Source: Roseibium sp. TrichSKD4 (GTDB taxonomy: Bacteria; Pseudomonadota; Alphaproteobacteria; Rhizobiales; Stappiaceae). From it: DNA of 40,000 nt. The notes beneath the pieces are model-generated. The model did not search any database. It was not told where the DNA came from and worked only from the letters and a program-made list of their open reading frames with translations. Below are positions 6,645-15,026 of this stretch, piece after piece. Position numbers and translations under genes: made by a program. The stretch is taken from positions 4,605 through 44,604 of the forward strand of contig NZ_GL476316.1 in the NCBI RefSeq assembly GCF_000148725.1. Reading direction: 5' to 3'. Within the stretch, counting starts at the first letter, position 1, and the number at the start of each line of letters is the position of its first letter.

Positions 6645-8215
6645 GCCTGTCGCTCCCTCAAATTAATCCAAGACGAGCCCTTTTCGTCATACAGTCCGGT
6701 CCCTCCTGAAACGGTACGATTAATGTAAACTGTCTTTGTCCCGGTGTCCGACGACTGAGCCATAAGGCGGTAAGTGTTACTGCCTGCGGTAGGCGAGGTG
6801 TCGATAAAGCCTGCCAAGCTTCTATGGTCCGGCGTGCTGTTATTGTCGGGGTCATAGGTAGGTGTAAAAAGTCCATTCGCACCGGGGGCACCTCCGCCAG
6901 TACCGCGCAACAAGTCGGTGCCGTTTCGCGTCAGCCACAATACTACGTTATGGTTACACTCGAAAAACATTGACAGGTCAATTTGAACGTGGTTCCCGGC
7001 CTTCACGTTATCAATCGTTGTCGTAAACAACGCAATTTCAATACCTGACGTTGCTGTCCAAGCAGGCGCGGTATATGTCGCTTGCGTACTGAATTGGTTC
7101 ACCACACGGTTTTTCGCGACACGTTCCAGCTCGCCCGCCTTCGACACAACCGCATTGAGCGATGCAACATAGGCCAGCGCTTGGACGACTTCAGGAGCAT
7201 CAACCGTATCTGCTGCCTTGATGTACCAATCGACTGTGAGGGATTTGACGCGGGTCTCTGAGGCTGTACGAACGCCGGGGACCGCTGATGCAGGTCCTGT
7301 CAGAGGGTGAGTTTCATTACCTTCTGCCGCATTACCCTGAGGCAATTCTTGACTTTCACCAGTTTCGGCGACTGTACGACCGGAACCGAATGTGCGGACA
7401 GAAGTGCGCGCGGTTCCATCAGACACATTGGAGGCGTAAGCGTCTTCGTGCGGGTGGTCTTGGAACGCATCTTCAAGCACCGTTCCGGCAGCACCTGCCA
7501 AGGGACCTGCCCCGCGCAAAACCCGATCATCAGGATCAGGCAGCACGCCATCCGGGTATTTCAGCGCCAGTTTTTTGTAGATCGTGACATCAAAGGTCGC
7601 ACCATTCCCAAGCTTCAGCCAGCCGGGACCAAAACCAGTGCCAGAAGGGTCCCCCAGTATCCCGCCAACCGGCACCCCGTCACCAGACCCGATATCCACC
7701 CACGCGCCGCCGTCGCCCCGCGTTGGGTCAAAATATTGCGGCTTGCCACCCTCCGGGGCCATGCGAGTCTCGACAGCCCGCTTGGACTGATGCTCCATCA
7801 CGGTTGCTGCAAAGTTCGGATCATCCCCAAGCGCATTGGCGAGCTCCTGAATGGTATCCAGCAACTCCGGCGCATTGCCTCCGAGCAGCTGCTCCAATTG
7901 AGACGCCAATTGCGCAAGAGCCATTTCCAGCGTCTTAGTACCGTGCTTCACGTCCTTACTGGTTAAGGCGTCATTCTTCCATGCCTGACCATCATGACGC
8001 AGAACTTCACCAGCCTTTGGCGCGGTTACAGTCACACTGCCATTGTCGCCCAGATCGCGGGTGCCAACCGATGCAATGGCTTCCTTTGCCTCTGAAATAT
8101 GCTGATCAACATCGGTAATGGTTTTCTTGATCCGGCGGATATCATCCAGTGCGTCATTATTTTCATCCGGTAGGAGCAACCCCAAATTCGGGGTCTTGTT
8201 GTCTATGATGGCCAT
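6641..8215 (-). CDS. Tail fibre protein with tail-collar-like domain
   Basis: N-terminus KTPNLGLLLPDENNDALDDIRR.. typical of fibre N-termini; GPGWLKLGNGATFDVTIYKKLALKYP...LPDPDDRVLRGAG resembles the phage tail collar motif. Confidence 0.7.
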   Translation of the reverse strand: MAIIDNKTPNLGLLLPDENNDALDDIRRIKKTITDVDQHISEAKEAIASVGTRDLGDNGSVTVTAPKAGEVLRHDGQAWKNDALTSKDVKHGTKTLEMALAQLASQLEQLLGGNAPELLDTIQELANALGDDPNFAATVMEHQSKRAVETRMAPEGGKPQYFDPTRGDGGAWVDIGSGDGVPVGGILGDPSGTGFGPGWLKLGNGATFDVTIYKKLALKYPDGVLPDPDDRVLRGAGPLAGAAGTVLEDAFQDHPHEDAYASNVSDGTARTSVRTFGSGRTVAETGESQELPQGNAAEGNETHPLTGPASAVPGVRTASETRVKSLTVDWYIKAADTVDAPEVVQALAYVASLNAVVSKAGELERVAKNRVVNQFSTQATYTAPAWTATSGIEIALFTTTIDNVKAGNHVQIDLSMFFECNHNVVLWLTRNGTDLLRGTGGGAPGANGLFTPTYDPDNNSTPDHRSLAGFIDTSPTAGSNTYRLMAQSSDTGTKTVYINRTVSGGTGLYDEKGSSWINLRERQA

Positions 8216-8237
8216 AAAAAAAACGGCCCTTCGGCCG
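8216..8237 (-). terminator. Rho-independent terminator immediately upstream of the fibre gene
   Basis: Minus strand CGGCC-GAAG-GGCCG followed by T8. Confidence 0.6.
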
Positions 8238-8242
8238 CCCTC

Positions 8243-8488
8243 CTAGCTTGGTGTTTCTTGAAGAATGTCGGGTGTTGTTTCAGGGGGTGAGCGCAAAAGT
8301 GCCAGTCGCCCCCGGTAAACCGCCGCACAATCAGCGCGGGCCTTCATTTCGTGGATTGCTGCCGCCCATATTCGACCGACAATTTCCAGATGTTCCGGGT
8401 TTTCCGCCCGCCAACATTCAAAGGTGAAATCAGCAACAAACATTTGATAACTAATATCTGTTGCCTGTTTATAGTCATCCCTCAACAT
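8243..8488 (-). CDS. Hypothetical protein (81 aa)
   Basis: Track ORF 8243-8605 trimmed to ATG 8488, which overlaps the gpD-like stop by 14 nt; no recognisable motif. Confidence 0.4.
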   Translation of the reverse strand: MLRDDYKQATDISYQMFVADFTFECWRAENPEHLEIVGRIWAAAIHEMKARADCAAVYRGRLALLRSPPETTPDILQETPS

Positions 8489-9626
8489 ATGGGGCTGACC
8501 AGCCATACTTGCTTTTCCCGGCCGTTTTCTTTGCTCTGCCGGGAACGTTTTCCTGCTTGCCGCTTGATGCCGTGTTACCAGACGTGGGCTTCCCGCCTGA
8601 TGCACCCTTGTAAAGCTCGCAGGTCAAACCCGTCTCATAGCCGCCCTGTAGGCTATGCGTTGCGGTTTTGATCCGCCAAAGGGTTGGAATGCCCGGATTA
8701 AAGCCGGACAGTTCCAAAAGACATTCAGCGCGAATGTCAGGATTTCCCAAAACCTTGACTGAGAAACTTCCCGCACCGCGTGTTTTCTGGTTCAACTCAC
8801 TGGCAGCGACCGCTTCAGCCGACGCCCGGCTGACCTCTGTTTGGCGTAGGTCGCAAAAGGGAGCTTTGCCCACTTCTACAAAATCCTTAACCCCCGCTGC
8901 CCGATCATAAAAATGTGCCCTGTACCCGCCCGGTTCGCGGGCAGTTTCAGTCCCGGAAATTCCGCCCGCCGCGCCACCTTCTTCACGGCCGGAATAATCA
9001 AAGGTGAAAGCGCTCTCTCCGCCAATACAATCCTTCGGCTTGATAGTGATGATGTCAAAGGCCGCGCCGTTCACCTCTTGCCCGGTTCCCCGCCGCGCCA
9101 AGACCAAGCGCCCATCCATCGGACGGGCGACACCGTCAAACTTCTGGGCCAGTCGGGTCAAAAAGCTCATATCGCTTTCTGAAAACTGATCTTGGTGAGG
9201 AATTTCAATTGCGCCAAGTTCCGAGTCTATGACCGGTTCATACCCATGACGAGCCGCCGCCGCTTGCACCATTTCGCCCAAGGTTGAACCATGGTGCGAC
9301 TGAAATCGCGGGGTGCGATAGCTTTCCACCAGATTGGCAGCATGACATTTAACCGACAATGTGCCGTAACTCAGGCTCGCGCTATCGATAATATAGCGCC
9401 CCATATCCCTTAATTGTCCTATCCCGTCACTAAGAAGGCAGGATAACTCAACTCCAATGGGGGGCAGGGGAAAGGGGCTGACACCTTCTGGGCGGGCGTC
9501 AACCTCGAATGAAAGAGCGTCTGACTTATCTTCCGCTTCATCCGTCACCTCCAAGGACAAAAGCCGCTGGTCCAGATCATAGGGCAGATCAATCCCGCCC
9601 CGGCGCAATCGGGCATATGGTTTCAT
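8475..9626 (-). CDS. P2 gpD-like tail protein (late control gene D family)
   Basis: LLSLEVTDEAEDKSDALSFEV.. and IPHQDQFSESDMSFLTRLAQKFDG match remembered P2 gpD blocks (LLSLTLTDNRGFEADQLDIEL, IPHIDQSQESDAKFLTRLAERNGG). Confidence 0.85.
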   Translation of the reverse strand: MKPYARLRRGGIDLPYDLDQRLLSLEVTDEAEDKSDALSFEVDARPEGVSPFPLPPIGVELSCLLSDGIGQLRDMGRYIIDSASLSYGTLSVKCHAANLVESYRTPRFQSHHGSTLGEMVQAAAARHGYEPVIDSELGAIEIPHQDQFSESDMSFLTRLAQKFDGVARPMDGRLVLARRGTGQEVNGAAFDIITIKPKDCIGGESAFTFDYSGREEGGAAGGISGTETAREPGGYRAHFYDRAAGVKDFVEVGKAPFCDLRQTEVSRASAEAVAASELNQKTRGAGSFSVKVLGNPDIRAECLLELSGFNPGIPTLWRIKTATHSLQGGYETGLTCELYKGASGGKPTSGNTASSGKQENVPGRAKKTAGKSKYGWSAPYVEG

Positions 9627-9649
9627 GCGGGTTACCTTCGGTTTTCTGC

Positions 9650-9862
9650 CTATCCCCAGACACGCAAGGGCCGGGTAACCTGTTCTTTTGATGTATCCGG
9701 CAAAGTGATTTTCAGGCCAGCGGGTAGAACGATATCTTCAAGAGCCAAGAAAGCGTTCAGTTTGTAGGTTTCATCTGTGGCGTGGCTTACATCCACATCC
9801 GGCAATTGATCGGCGCAAATAGCGTCGACCATGTCGCCCGCCTTGGTTTCATAGTCAGCCAT
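9650..9862 (-). CDS. P2 gpX-like tail protein
   Basis: Track ORF trimmed to ATG 9862, overlapping the gpU-like stop; 70 aa; size and position as P2 X. Confidence 0.65.
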   Translation of the reverse strand: MADYETKAGDMVDAICADQLPDVDVSHATDETYKLNAFLALEDIVLPAGLKITLPDTSKEQVTRPLRVWG

Positions 9863-10247
9863 AGCTTTCCAACTCCACGTCAAATTCAATCTTTCGGGGT
9901 CGGCCATCGGGATAAAAATAAGTGGCCGTTTCAGAAAGGCGGGTAATGACGACCTGACCCCAATTTCGCCCGCTTCCATCTGCAAGCAACATCGGAAGAC
10001 CTTTACCCGCCGCCGCCGCCATAACGGCAATCTGATCAGCGCCGCCATGGCGCGTGTAAATCACGCCAGACAAGGTAATGACCTGCGGGGCCTCGGTGAC
10101 ATATTGCTGAGCCGTTTTGCCTCCAAGCCGCCCCTTTTTGGCATATTCAAAAGACCATTGCCGGGCCGCTTGCTGATAAGGCCGCTCCGCCATACCAAAG
10201 CGAAACGGGCCAAGGCCCATCATGACCCGGCGGTCAATTTCTGCCAT
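9855..10247 (-). CDS. P2 gpU-like tail protein
   Basis: GLGPFRF...PYQ...ITLSGVIY...GLPMLLADGSG...YFYPDGRPRKIEFDVEL parallels the remembered P2 gpU. Confidence 0.8.
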   Translation of the reverse strand: MAEIDRRVMMGLGPFRFGMAERPYQQAARQWSFEYAKKGRLGGKTAQQYVTEAPQVITLSGVIYTRHGGADQIAVMAAAAGKGLPMLLADGSGRNWGQVVITRLSETATYFYPDGRPRKIEFDVELESYG

Positions 10248-10313
10248 GCCGCGCCTCCATTTTCTGTACTGGTTTGATAGAGCGGCTAACGCCCCGCTCT
10301 AGCAGGCACCGCT

Positions 10314-12128
10314 TTACCCATCGCGCAGCGATGCCGTCGCGGCCTGCTGCTGTTTACGCAAGGGGCCGGTCGCCGCCTGTCCGGCGCGTGCGCCAAAGGC
10401 CATCGGATCAACGCCCGGCGGGGACGTGACATGCACAGAAAGCGAGCCTATCGAACTATCAATCTTGTTGTGGTGGACTGATTTACGCGCTTCGGCACCA
10501 ACCTCGTGAGCCGCAGAAATCCGGGCTGCAACACTGGATTTTCGATTGTCATTCTGTGCAATCGGCGGCGGGGTCTGGGGTGCGCTGGTCAGGCCCAATT
10601 TTTCGCCCAACCACCCCAGATCAATCAATGATCTAAGACCCGCCATTTTCTCTTCAAGCCAGCTGGTCAATTCATTCCAGCCTGACGCCAACCCGTCCAG
10701 AATACCGTTCACCATATCACGGCCAAGAGCCGCCATCTCTTCGTAAAAGCGGCCTGCCAGCGCACCCAGTTCAGCCAGCCAGCCGTTCACAACATCAACA
10801 GGCGAAAATTCCAGCCATTTTTCTGACAAATGATCCAAGGATTTGATGATCAAGGTTAGCGGATTAAACTGGTTCCAGACTTCCCAGACCCCCGTCACCC
10901 AACCCTTATCGAAGGCGGCGGCAATCTTCTGCCAAGCTCCCTCCCACCAGCTGACCAATTCCGACCAATTATCCATGATCAAAAGGGCGGCTCCGGCTAT
11001 CCCCGCGATGATCAGCCCAACGGGGTTAAACAGCATAATCAAGGCCACCTTAAGCAGTGCTGCCCCAACTGACAGGATAGATGCGACCAAGGGGCCGAGC
11101 GTGATGGCCCCAAGCGCGCCAATCGCCAATTCAAGATTGCTGACCGGGCCGGTCACGGTCTCAATTGCCGATTTGATCTTTCCGAACGTTTCGCCAACGT
11201 CTGAAATTATTTGTTTCAAGTCTTTCAAATGACCCGGCAAATCCTTGGCAAAATTTTCGGCCCACGCTCTAATCAGTTCCTTGTTATTGGCGACCAATTC
11301 ATTGAACTTGTTTATCAGATCGGTCACAACCGGAGCCAGAGAGGCCCCAATACTGTTGGAAAGACCTTCAAAGACAACGCCCAAATTGGTCATTGCGTCG
11401 GTCAGGTTTTCTCCGTTGGCCGCATCTTCCGCGCTGATAACAGCGCCAAGGTGAAAGGCTTCGGCTTTCAGTTTCTCGATAGCTTCCGGGCCAGCCTCGC
11501 CAAAAAGGGCCATCCGCTGACCTGATCGGCCAAACATAGCGGTTGCGGCGGCCGCTCGCTTGCTTTCATCCTTGATCTCAGAAAGGGCTTCCAGTGCCAT
11601 TTCAAAGGCTTTGGTCGGGTCATTTTCAGCGACCATGCGCTTTGCAAGTTCCGGTCCGACCTTCTTTAAAAAGGCGTACATCGGCCCAGACCCCGATTTC
11701 ATTTCCCCCAATCGCTTGGAAAAGGTCATGGCAGACGTATCAAACGACGCCTTGTCTACGCCCGACCGATCACCGGCATATCGCAAGGCTTGCAAGGTCT
11801 CCACATTCATGCCCGTGGCGCGGCCCATCTTGGCAATCGCATCCCCGGCCCCTGCAAACCCGGTCACCATTTTGGTCGCCGCCGCCGTGGCGGCTATCCC
11901 CGCCCCGGCGATGGTCACCCCCAAGGTTTTGACCCGTTTCGTCAAACCACGCACCCGCTCTCCAACCTTGGCAAGGCCGCTGGCGTCGGCAAGGGTTGAA
12001 AAAGCCCGCTTGATCTTCTTGATAGGGCGGCTCAAACGGTCCAGTGCCTTCTCAACCCGGCGCATGGGCGCAGTGATCTTGTCGATCAGGCCGACCTTGA
12101 TTTCGACCTGTCCGTTCTTTTTACTCAT
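10314..12128 (-). CDS. Tail tape measure protein
   Basis: 604 aa; Ala/Gly-rich helical N-half, central hydrophobic segment, position after the E/E' chaperone. Confidence 0.85.
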   Translation of the reverse strand: MSKKNGQVEIKVGLIDKITAPMRRVEKALDRLSRPIKKIKRAFSTLADASGLAKVGERVRGLTKRVKTLGVTIAGAGIAATAAATKMVTGFAGAGDAIAKMGRATGMNVETLQALRYAGDRSGVDKASFDTSAMTFSKRLGEMKSGSGPMYAFLKKVGPELAKRMVAENDPTKAFEMALEALSEIKDESKRAAAATAMFGRSGQRMALFGEAGPEAIEKLKAEAFHLGAVISAEDAANGENLTDAMTNLGVVFEGLSNSIGASLAPVVTDLINKFNELVANNKELIRAWAENFAKDLPGHLKDLKQIISDVGETFGKIKSAIETVTGPVSNLELAIGALGAITLGPLVASILSVGAALLKVALIMLFNPVGLIIAGIAGAALLIMDNWSELVSWWEGAWQKIAAAFDKGWVTGVWEVWNQFNPLTLIIKSLDHLSEKWLEFSPVDVVNGWLAELGALAGRFYEEMAALGRDMVNGILDGLASGWNELTSWLEEKMAGLRSLIDLGWLGEKLGLTSAPQTPPPIAQNDNRKSSVAARISAAHEVGAEARKSVHHNKIDSSIGSLSVHVTSPPGVDPMAFGARAGQAATGPLRKQQQAATASLRDG

Positions 12129-12145
12129 GTCGGATAAACCCCTGT

Positions 12146-12570
12146 TCAGATCGTCCCGGCCTTGGCGCGGGTTGTGATCAATTCATTGGCGCGAAAATAC
12201 CAAGTGACCCCTTCGCTCAACCCCATGTCATCTGCGACATGAGGCGGCCAGCCATAAGCAACGGCCAATGTCTCGCAGAAGTCGAAATAGGCGGGAACTA
12301 CTTCGACTTCTTGATAAAACCCTCGATTTTGTCAGAAATCGCGGTAACGTCCGAAACATCCAGTTCCGCTATATCATCGGGGGTCAAGCCGCCTCCAATG
12401 GGCGTAGAACAAAGCGCCATGACGAGTTGTTCCACCTGGCTCGTTTCCCCTTTCGTGTTCTCTTGCATTCCCTTGATATCCCGCCATTTAGGGCGACGGA
12501 TTTCGATTTCCGAAACCTCAGCACCGGAAATGGTGATGGGGTGTTGGAGGTTGATAGTTTCAGTTTGCAT
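12146..12570 (-). CDS. Tail assembly chaperone E+E' fusion made by -1 programmed frameshift
   Basis: After a -1 slip at 12322-12316 I read 56 open codons YQEVEVVPAYFDFCETLAVAYGWPPHVADDMGLSEGVTWYFRANELITTRAKAGTI, ending at TGA 12148-12146, 18 nt before the tape measure ATG. The W-P-P...L...W pattern matches P2 E' extensions. Confidence 0.7.
12298..12570 (-). CDS. Tail assembly chaperone (P2 gpE-like), zero-frame product
   Basis: 90 aa; ..LQHPITISGAEVSEIEIRRPKWRDI.. pattern of the E/gp41 chaperone family; lies between the tube and tape measure genes. Confidence 0.75.
   Translation of the reverse strand: MQTETINLQHPITISGAEVSEIEIRRPKWRDIKGMQENTKGETSQVEQLVMALCSTPIGGGLTPDDIAELDVSDVTAISDKIEGFIKKSK
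12316..12322 (-). promoter_or_regulatory. Slippery heptamer G GGT TTT (X XXY YYZ) for -1 frameshift
   Basis: Minus strand reads GAG GGT TTT ATC in the zero frame, 5 codons before the gpE stop. Confidence 0.65.
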
Positions 12571-12617
12571 GGGTCTTTTCCTTGATTTTCCCGCACATGA
12601 AGCGGGCGCTACTCATG

Positions 12618-12644
12618 AAAAAAGGGGCAGCCAAGCCGCCCCTT
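12618..12644 (-). terminator. Probable rho-independent terminator/attenuator between the tube and chaperone genes
   Basis: Minus strand GGGGC-G-GC UUG GC-U-GCCCC (one mismatch) followed by T6. Confidence 0.45.
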
Positions 12645-12691
12645 GATGTTTATATTTTTGGCCTTCGCCTAAACTGGCTTTAAGTCAGGCA

Positions 12692-13198
12692 TTAGAGGCC
12701 GATATGGTTTCGCTCGTCCTCTTTCCAGTCTTCGCCCCAGACCCGGAATATACAGTTCTCAATATCAATGAAGAGCGCTTCCTTGCCGTCCTCAATGATC
12801 TCGTAGTGCTCCACCTCTCCGGTGATGGTGGTGCTGTTTTTCGACCCCATGGAAAGGGTGCCCAGATCGTAGGAAGAAAAAGAACCGGTGACCTTGTAAA
12901 TGATCTGGGTGCCGCCTTTTCCTTGCTGTTTATTCGACGTTCTTAGCACGATGGACGCACCAAGACCGGGGCCGAAGAGGTGTTTCAGAAGCTCGTGCTT
13001 GGTGCCGTGAATGGTCAGGGTGATTTGCATGGCTTCCTGTCCAAGGTCTTCCTTCAAGACCCCATCCATGCCCCCGCCCCGCGTTTCTTCCATAACACGG
13101 GTGATAACCGGGGGTGTGACTTCATTGACCACCCCCGCATAGCCAATCCCATCAATAGTAAGGGACATATTTCGCTGAATATTCGCACGGGCCATCAA
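12692..13198 (-). CDS. Major tail tube protein (P2 FII-like)
   Basis: ..MSLTIDGIGYAGVVNEVTPPVITRVMEETRGGGMDG.. parallels P2 FII (..FLNGYSYQGVAKSVTLPKLTRKLENYRGAGMNG..). Confidence 0.85.
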   Translation of the reverse strand: MMARANIQRNMSLTIDGIGYAGVVNEVTPPVITRVMEETRGGGMDGVLKEDLGQEAMQITLTIHGTKHELLKHLFGPGLGASIVLRTSNKQQGKGGTQIIYKVTGSFSSYDLGTLSMGSKNSTTITGEVEHYEIIEDGKEALFIDIENCIFRVWGEDWKEDERNHIGL

Positions 13199-14346
13199 AC
13201 AAGCTCCTTAATGTATTCATCCGTAATTACGGTGCGGAACGTCATATTTTCGTTCGGATAAACCGGCGTCCATTCGCAATCCAGATAGGTCTTTCCCTGT
13301 TCGATCTGGTTGGCCTCGTTCAGATCGGCAGACGGGAAAGCATGGCCGCCCAAAATAGCCTCTTGCGCCTTCAAATAGCGAAAATACTTGTTGCAACCTT
13401 CTGCAACGTCTTCCAAGAGGGTCTTGGTAATTGGCCGGTCAATTGCCCACCGGTGCGCATACTCAATGCTCTCAAAGATCATGTCATGAGCACGGACTAC
13501 AGCCGTGAATTGCCATTTTGGATCATCAGCGCAGCCCCGGTTGCCCCAATAGCGGAAGCCCATATTCCGAATACCGCAGGAAATGTCCTGTGAATTGAGG
13601 TAATTGGCCGTGGAGTCATAGCCTGACCCGGCGTAATCGACAGGACGCTCAAAACCCGACACGTTCATGGTCTGGTTAGAATGAGACCACCACCAACCTC
13701 GTTCACGATCAAGGGTTGCTCTCAAACCGGCCGCCGCTGAACTCATTGGCTCCGCCGTCAAGATGCCATTTTGCGACACCATGACCTTTTGGTAAATCAA
13801 CTCGACGCGCTTGGAGTTAAAATTCCGGCGGAAGGCTACAGCTTCGGCCGGGTTAGCTGCATTGGTATCGGCAAAAATAATTGCCCGCAGGCGGTCCGCG
13901 ATAGAAATCATCTCATTGACAACTTCAACCTTGTGCGAAAAACCGGGTGCAATCAGGATTTTGGGACGCACCCCGTGCAGACTTTCAGACGCCCTAAAGG
14001 CATGCACTCCGGTATAGCCTCCCGTATCCGGGTCCAACCCACCAATAATATTTGCCAGCGTTCCGGCCTCGTCGTCCCCTTCGGCCACTCGGACAACAAC
14101 GACCGTTGTAGCGTCTTGGTCAAAAATCGTATCCAGCGCGCTTGGCAAAGTGCCCCGGTCCCCCAGAAGGGCCGCCGATGCGCGCCGACCGATCATCAAG
14201 ACCGGTTTATTGAGTGGGAACGCACTTTCATCAGCGTCCGGCGCAACGCCGATCAAACCGATAACACCGGATTTCACTGTCCTGACCGGGCGCGACCCTG
14301 TGTCGATTTCGACAATCTCCACACCATGATAAAAGTCTGTCGTCAT
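13195..14346 (-). CDS. Contractile tail sheath protein (P2 FI-like)
   Basis: N-terminus DFYHGVEIVEIDTGSRPVRTV...DADESAFPLNKPVLM closely parallels P2 FI (DYHHGVQVLEINEGTRVISTV...DADAETFPLNKPVLI). Confidence 0.9.
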   Translation of the reverse strand: MTTDFYHGVEIVEIDTGSRPVRTVKSGVIGLIGVAPDADESAFPLNKPVLMIGRRASAALLGDRGTLPSALDTIFDQDATTVVVVRVAEGDDEAGTLANIIGGLDPDTGGYTGVHAFRASESLHGVRPKILIAPGFSHKVEVVNEMISIADRLRAIIFADTNAANPAEAVAFRRNFNSKRVELIYQKVMVSQNGILTAEPMSSAAAGLRATLDRERGWWWSHSNQTMNVSGFERPVDYAGSGYDSTANYLNSQDISCGIRNMGFRYWGNRGCADDPKWQFTAVVRAHDMIFESIEYAHRWAIDRPITKTLLEDVAEGCNKYFRYLKAQEAILGGHAFPSADLNEANQIEQGKTYLDCEWTPVYPNENMTFRTVITDEYIKELV

Positions 14347-14356
14347 GGGATTTGCT

Positions 14357-14385
14357 CCACAAAAAAGGCCCCATAACGGGGCCTT
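14357..14385 (-). terminator. Strong rho-independent terminator between the lysis cassette and the sheath gene
   Basis: Minus strand AAGGCCCC-GUUAU-GGGGCCUU followed by TTTTGTGG. Confidence 0.7.
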
Positions 14386-14399
14386 GGATGGTTTCAGTT

Positions 14400-14418
14400 A
14401 CAGATATCTATTATCTGT
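14400..14418. repeat. Perfect palindrome ACAGATA-TCTAT-TATCTGT (candidate protein-binding site)
   Basis: Read directly. 15 of 19 nt are identical to 34160-34174; AT-rich island in otherwise GC-rich DNA. Confidence 0.5.
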
Positions 14419-14431
14419 TATTTAGTGATCA

Positions 14432-14719
14432 TTACCCTTTAACGGACGGCCAGAATTTCACGGCCGCCGCAAGACCAGCCGCGCTGGCAATGGCGAGGAC
14501 AAAACGGGTTTTTACCTTGTTGGTTCCATTGCGCAGATCGCGCAAAAAATGTTGATCCTTTTGGACTTCCAACGGATTGTCCGTATCAATGCCGAAAGCC
14601 TGCATCGCCTTTTTGGCCCCTTCCGCTCCCGCTTCCCGCGCCACTTCCGTGGCGACCTCGTTGGCGGCTTCCTTGGCGACCTCTTTGGCAAGGTGCAAAA
14701 TCTGGGCTTCATCCATCAT
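14432..14719 (-). CDS. Tail-anchored membrane protein in lysis cassette (holin/antiholin/regulator candidate)
   Basis: Charged Ala/Glu repeats AKEVAKEAANEVATEVAREAGAEGAKKA, then a single C-terminal TM FVLAIASAAGLAAAVKFW; overlaps the o-spanin stop. Confidence 0.4.
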   Translation of the reverse strand: MMDEAQILHLAKEVAKEAANEVATEVAREAGAEGAKKAMQAFGIDTDNPLEVQKDQHFLRDLRNGTNKVKTRFVLAIASAAGLAAAVKFWPSVKG

Positions 14720-15026
14720 TTTTGACCTTCCCGTGTGCGCCGCTCACCGTGTCGTACCAGTGGGCACAGCGAATAACGCGCTGGTTGGCCCGGCCCAAAG
14801 CTTGATCCGTGCGTATCAGCGCCTTATCCAGCGGGTCTCCCAACCTCACGCCGGACCGCTCCCGTCTTCGACAATCGGCCGGATAGGCAGGCGCGGCTGC
14901 GCGGGCGTTTTCAGCAGACGCCAGCACCGCATCCGCGTAAGGGTCAGTGGTTGCGCAGCCGCTCAAGAAGATCAGGATCAACCCGGTCAACAGTGCGTGT
15001 TTCATAGGCTTCAAGTTCTTTTTCAT
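14709..15026 (-). CDS. Outer-membrane lipoprotein, o-spanin (Rz1-like) candidate
   Basis: MKKNLKPMKHALLTGLILIFLSGC has a lipobox L-S-G-C; the gene starts inside the i-spanin gene in another frame and extends past it (overlapped architecture). ATG 15026 chosen. Confidence 0.6.
   Translation of the reverse strand: MKKNLKPMKHALLTGLILIFLSGCATTDPYADAVLASAENARAAAPAYPADCRRRERSGVRLGDPLDKALIRTDQALGRANQRVIRCAHWYDTVSGAHGKVKNDG

Noticed and set aside
6641-8215. Possible diversity-generating retroelement targeting the tail fibre
   Set aside because: No reverse transcriptase gene is present anywhere in the window. I found no template/variable repeat pair, and the fibre C-terminus lacks the Asn/AAC-rich variable-region signature.
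8243-8605. Full-length track ORF (120 aa) overlapping 130 nt of the gpD-like gene; similarly 9650-10048, 21741-22427, 22820-23266, 773-1564, 31147-31746 and 35119-35751
   Set aside because: The N-terminal extensions overlap well-supported upstream genes. Internal ATGs with SD sequences or ATGA/TGATATG coupling give products of the expected size, so the starts were trimmed rather than the long forms accepted.
10267-10296. Hairpin AGAGCGG-N8-CCGCTCT between the tape-measure and gpU-like genes, and hairpin CCGGCAA-N8-TTGCCGG at about 29485-29512
   Set aside because: Neither has an adjacent T-run on either strand, so they are not called as terminators. They may be mRNA-stability elements or chance GC-rich stems.
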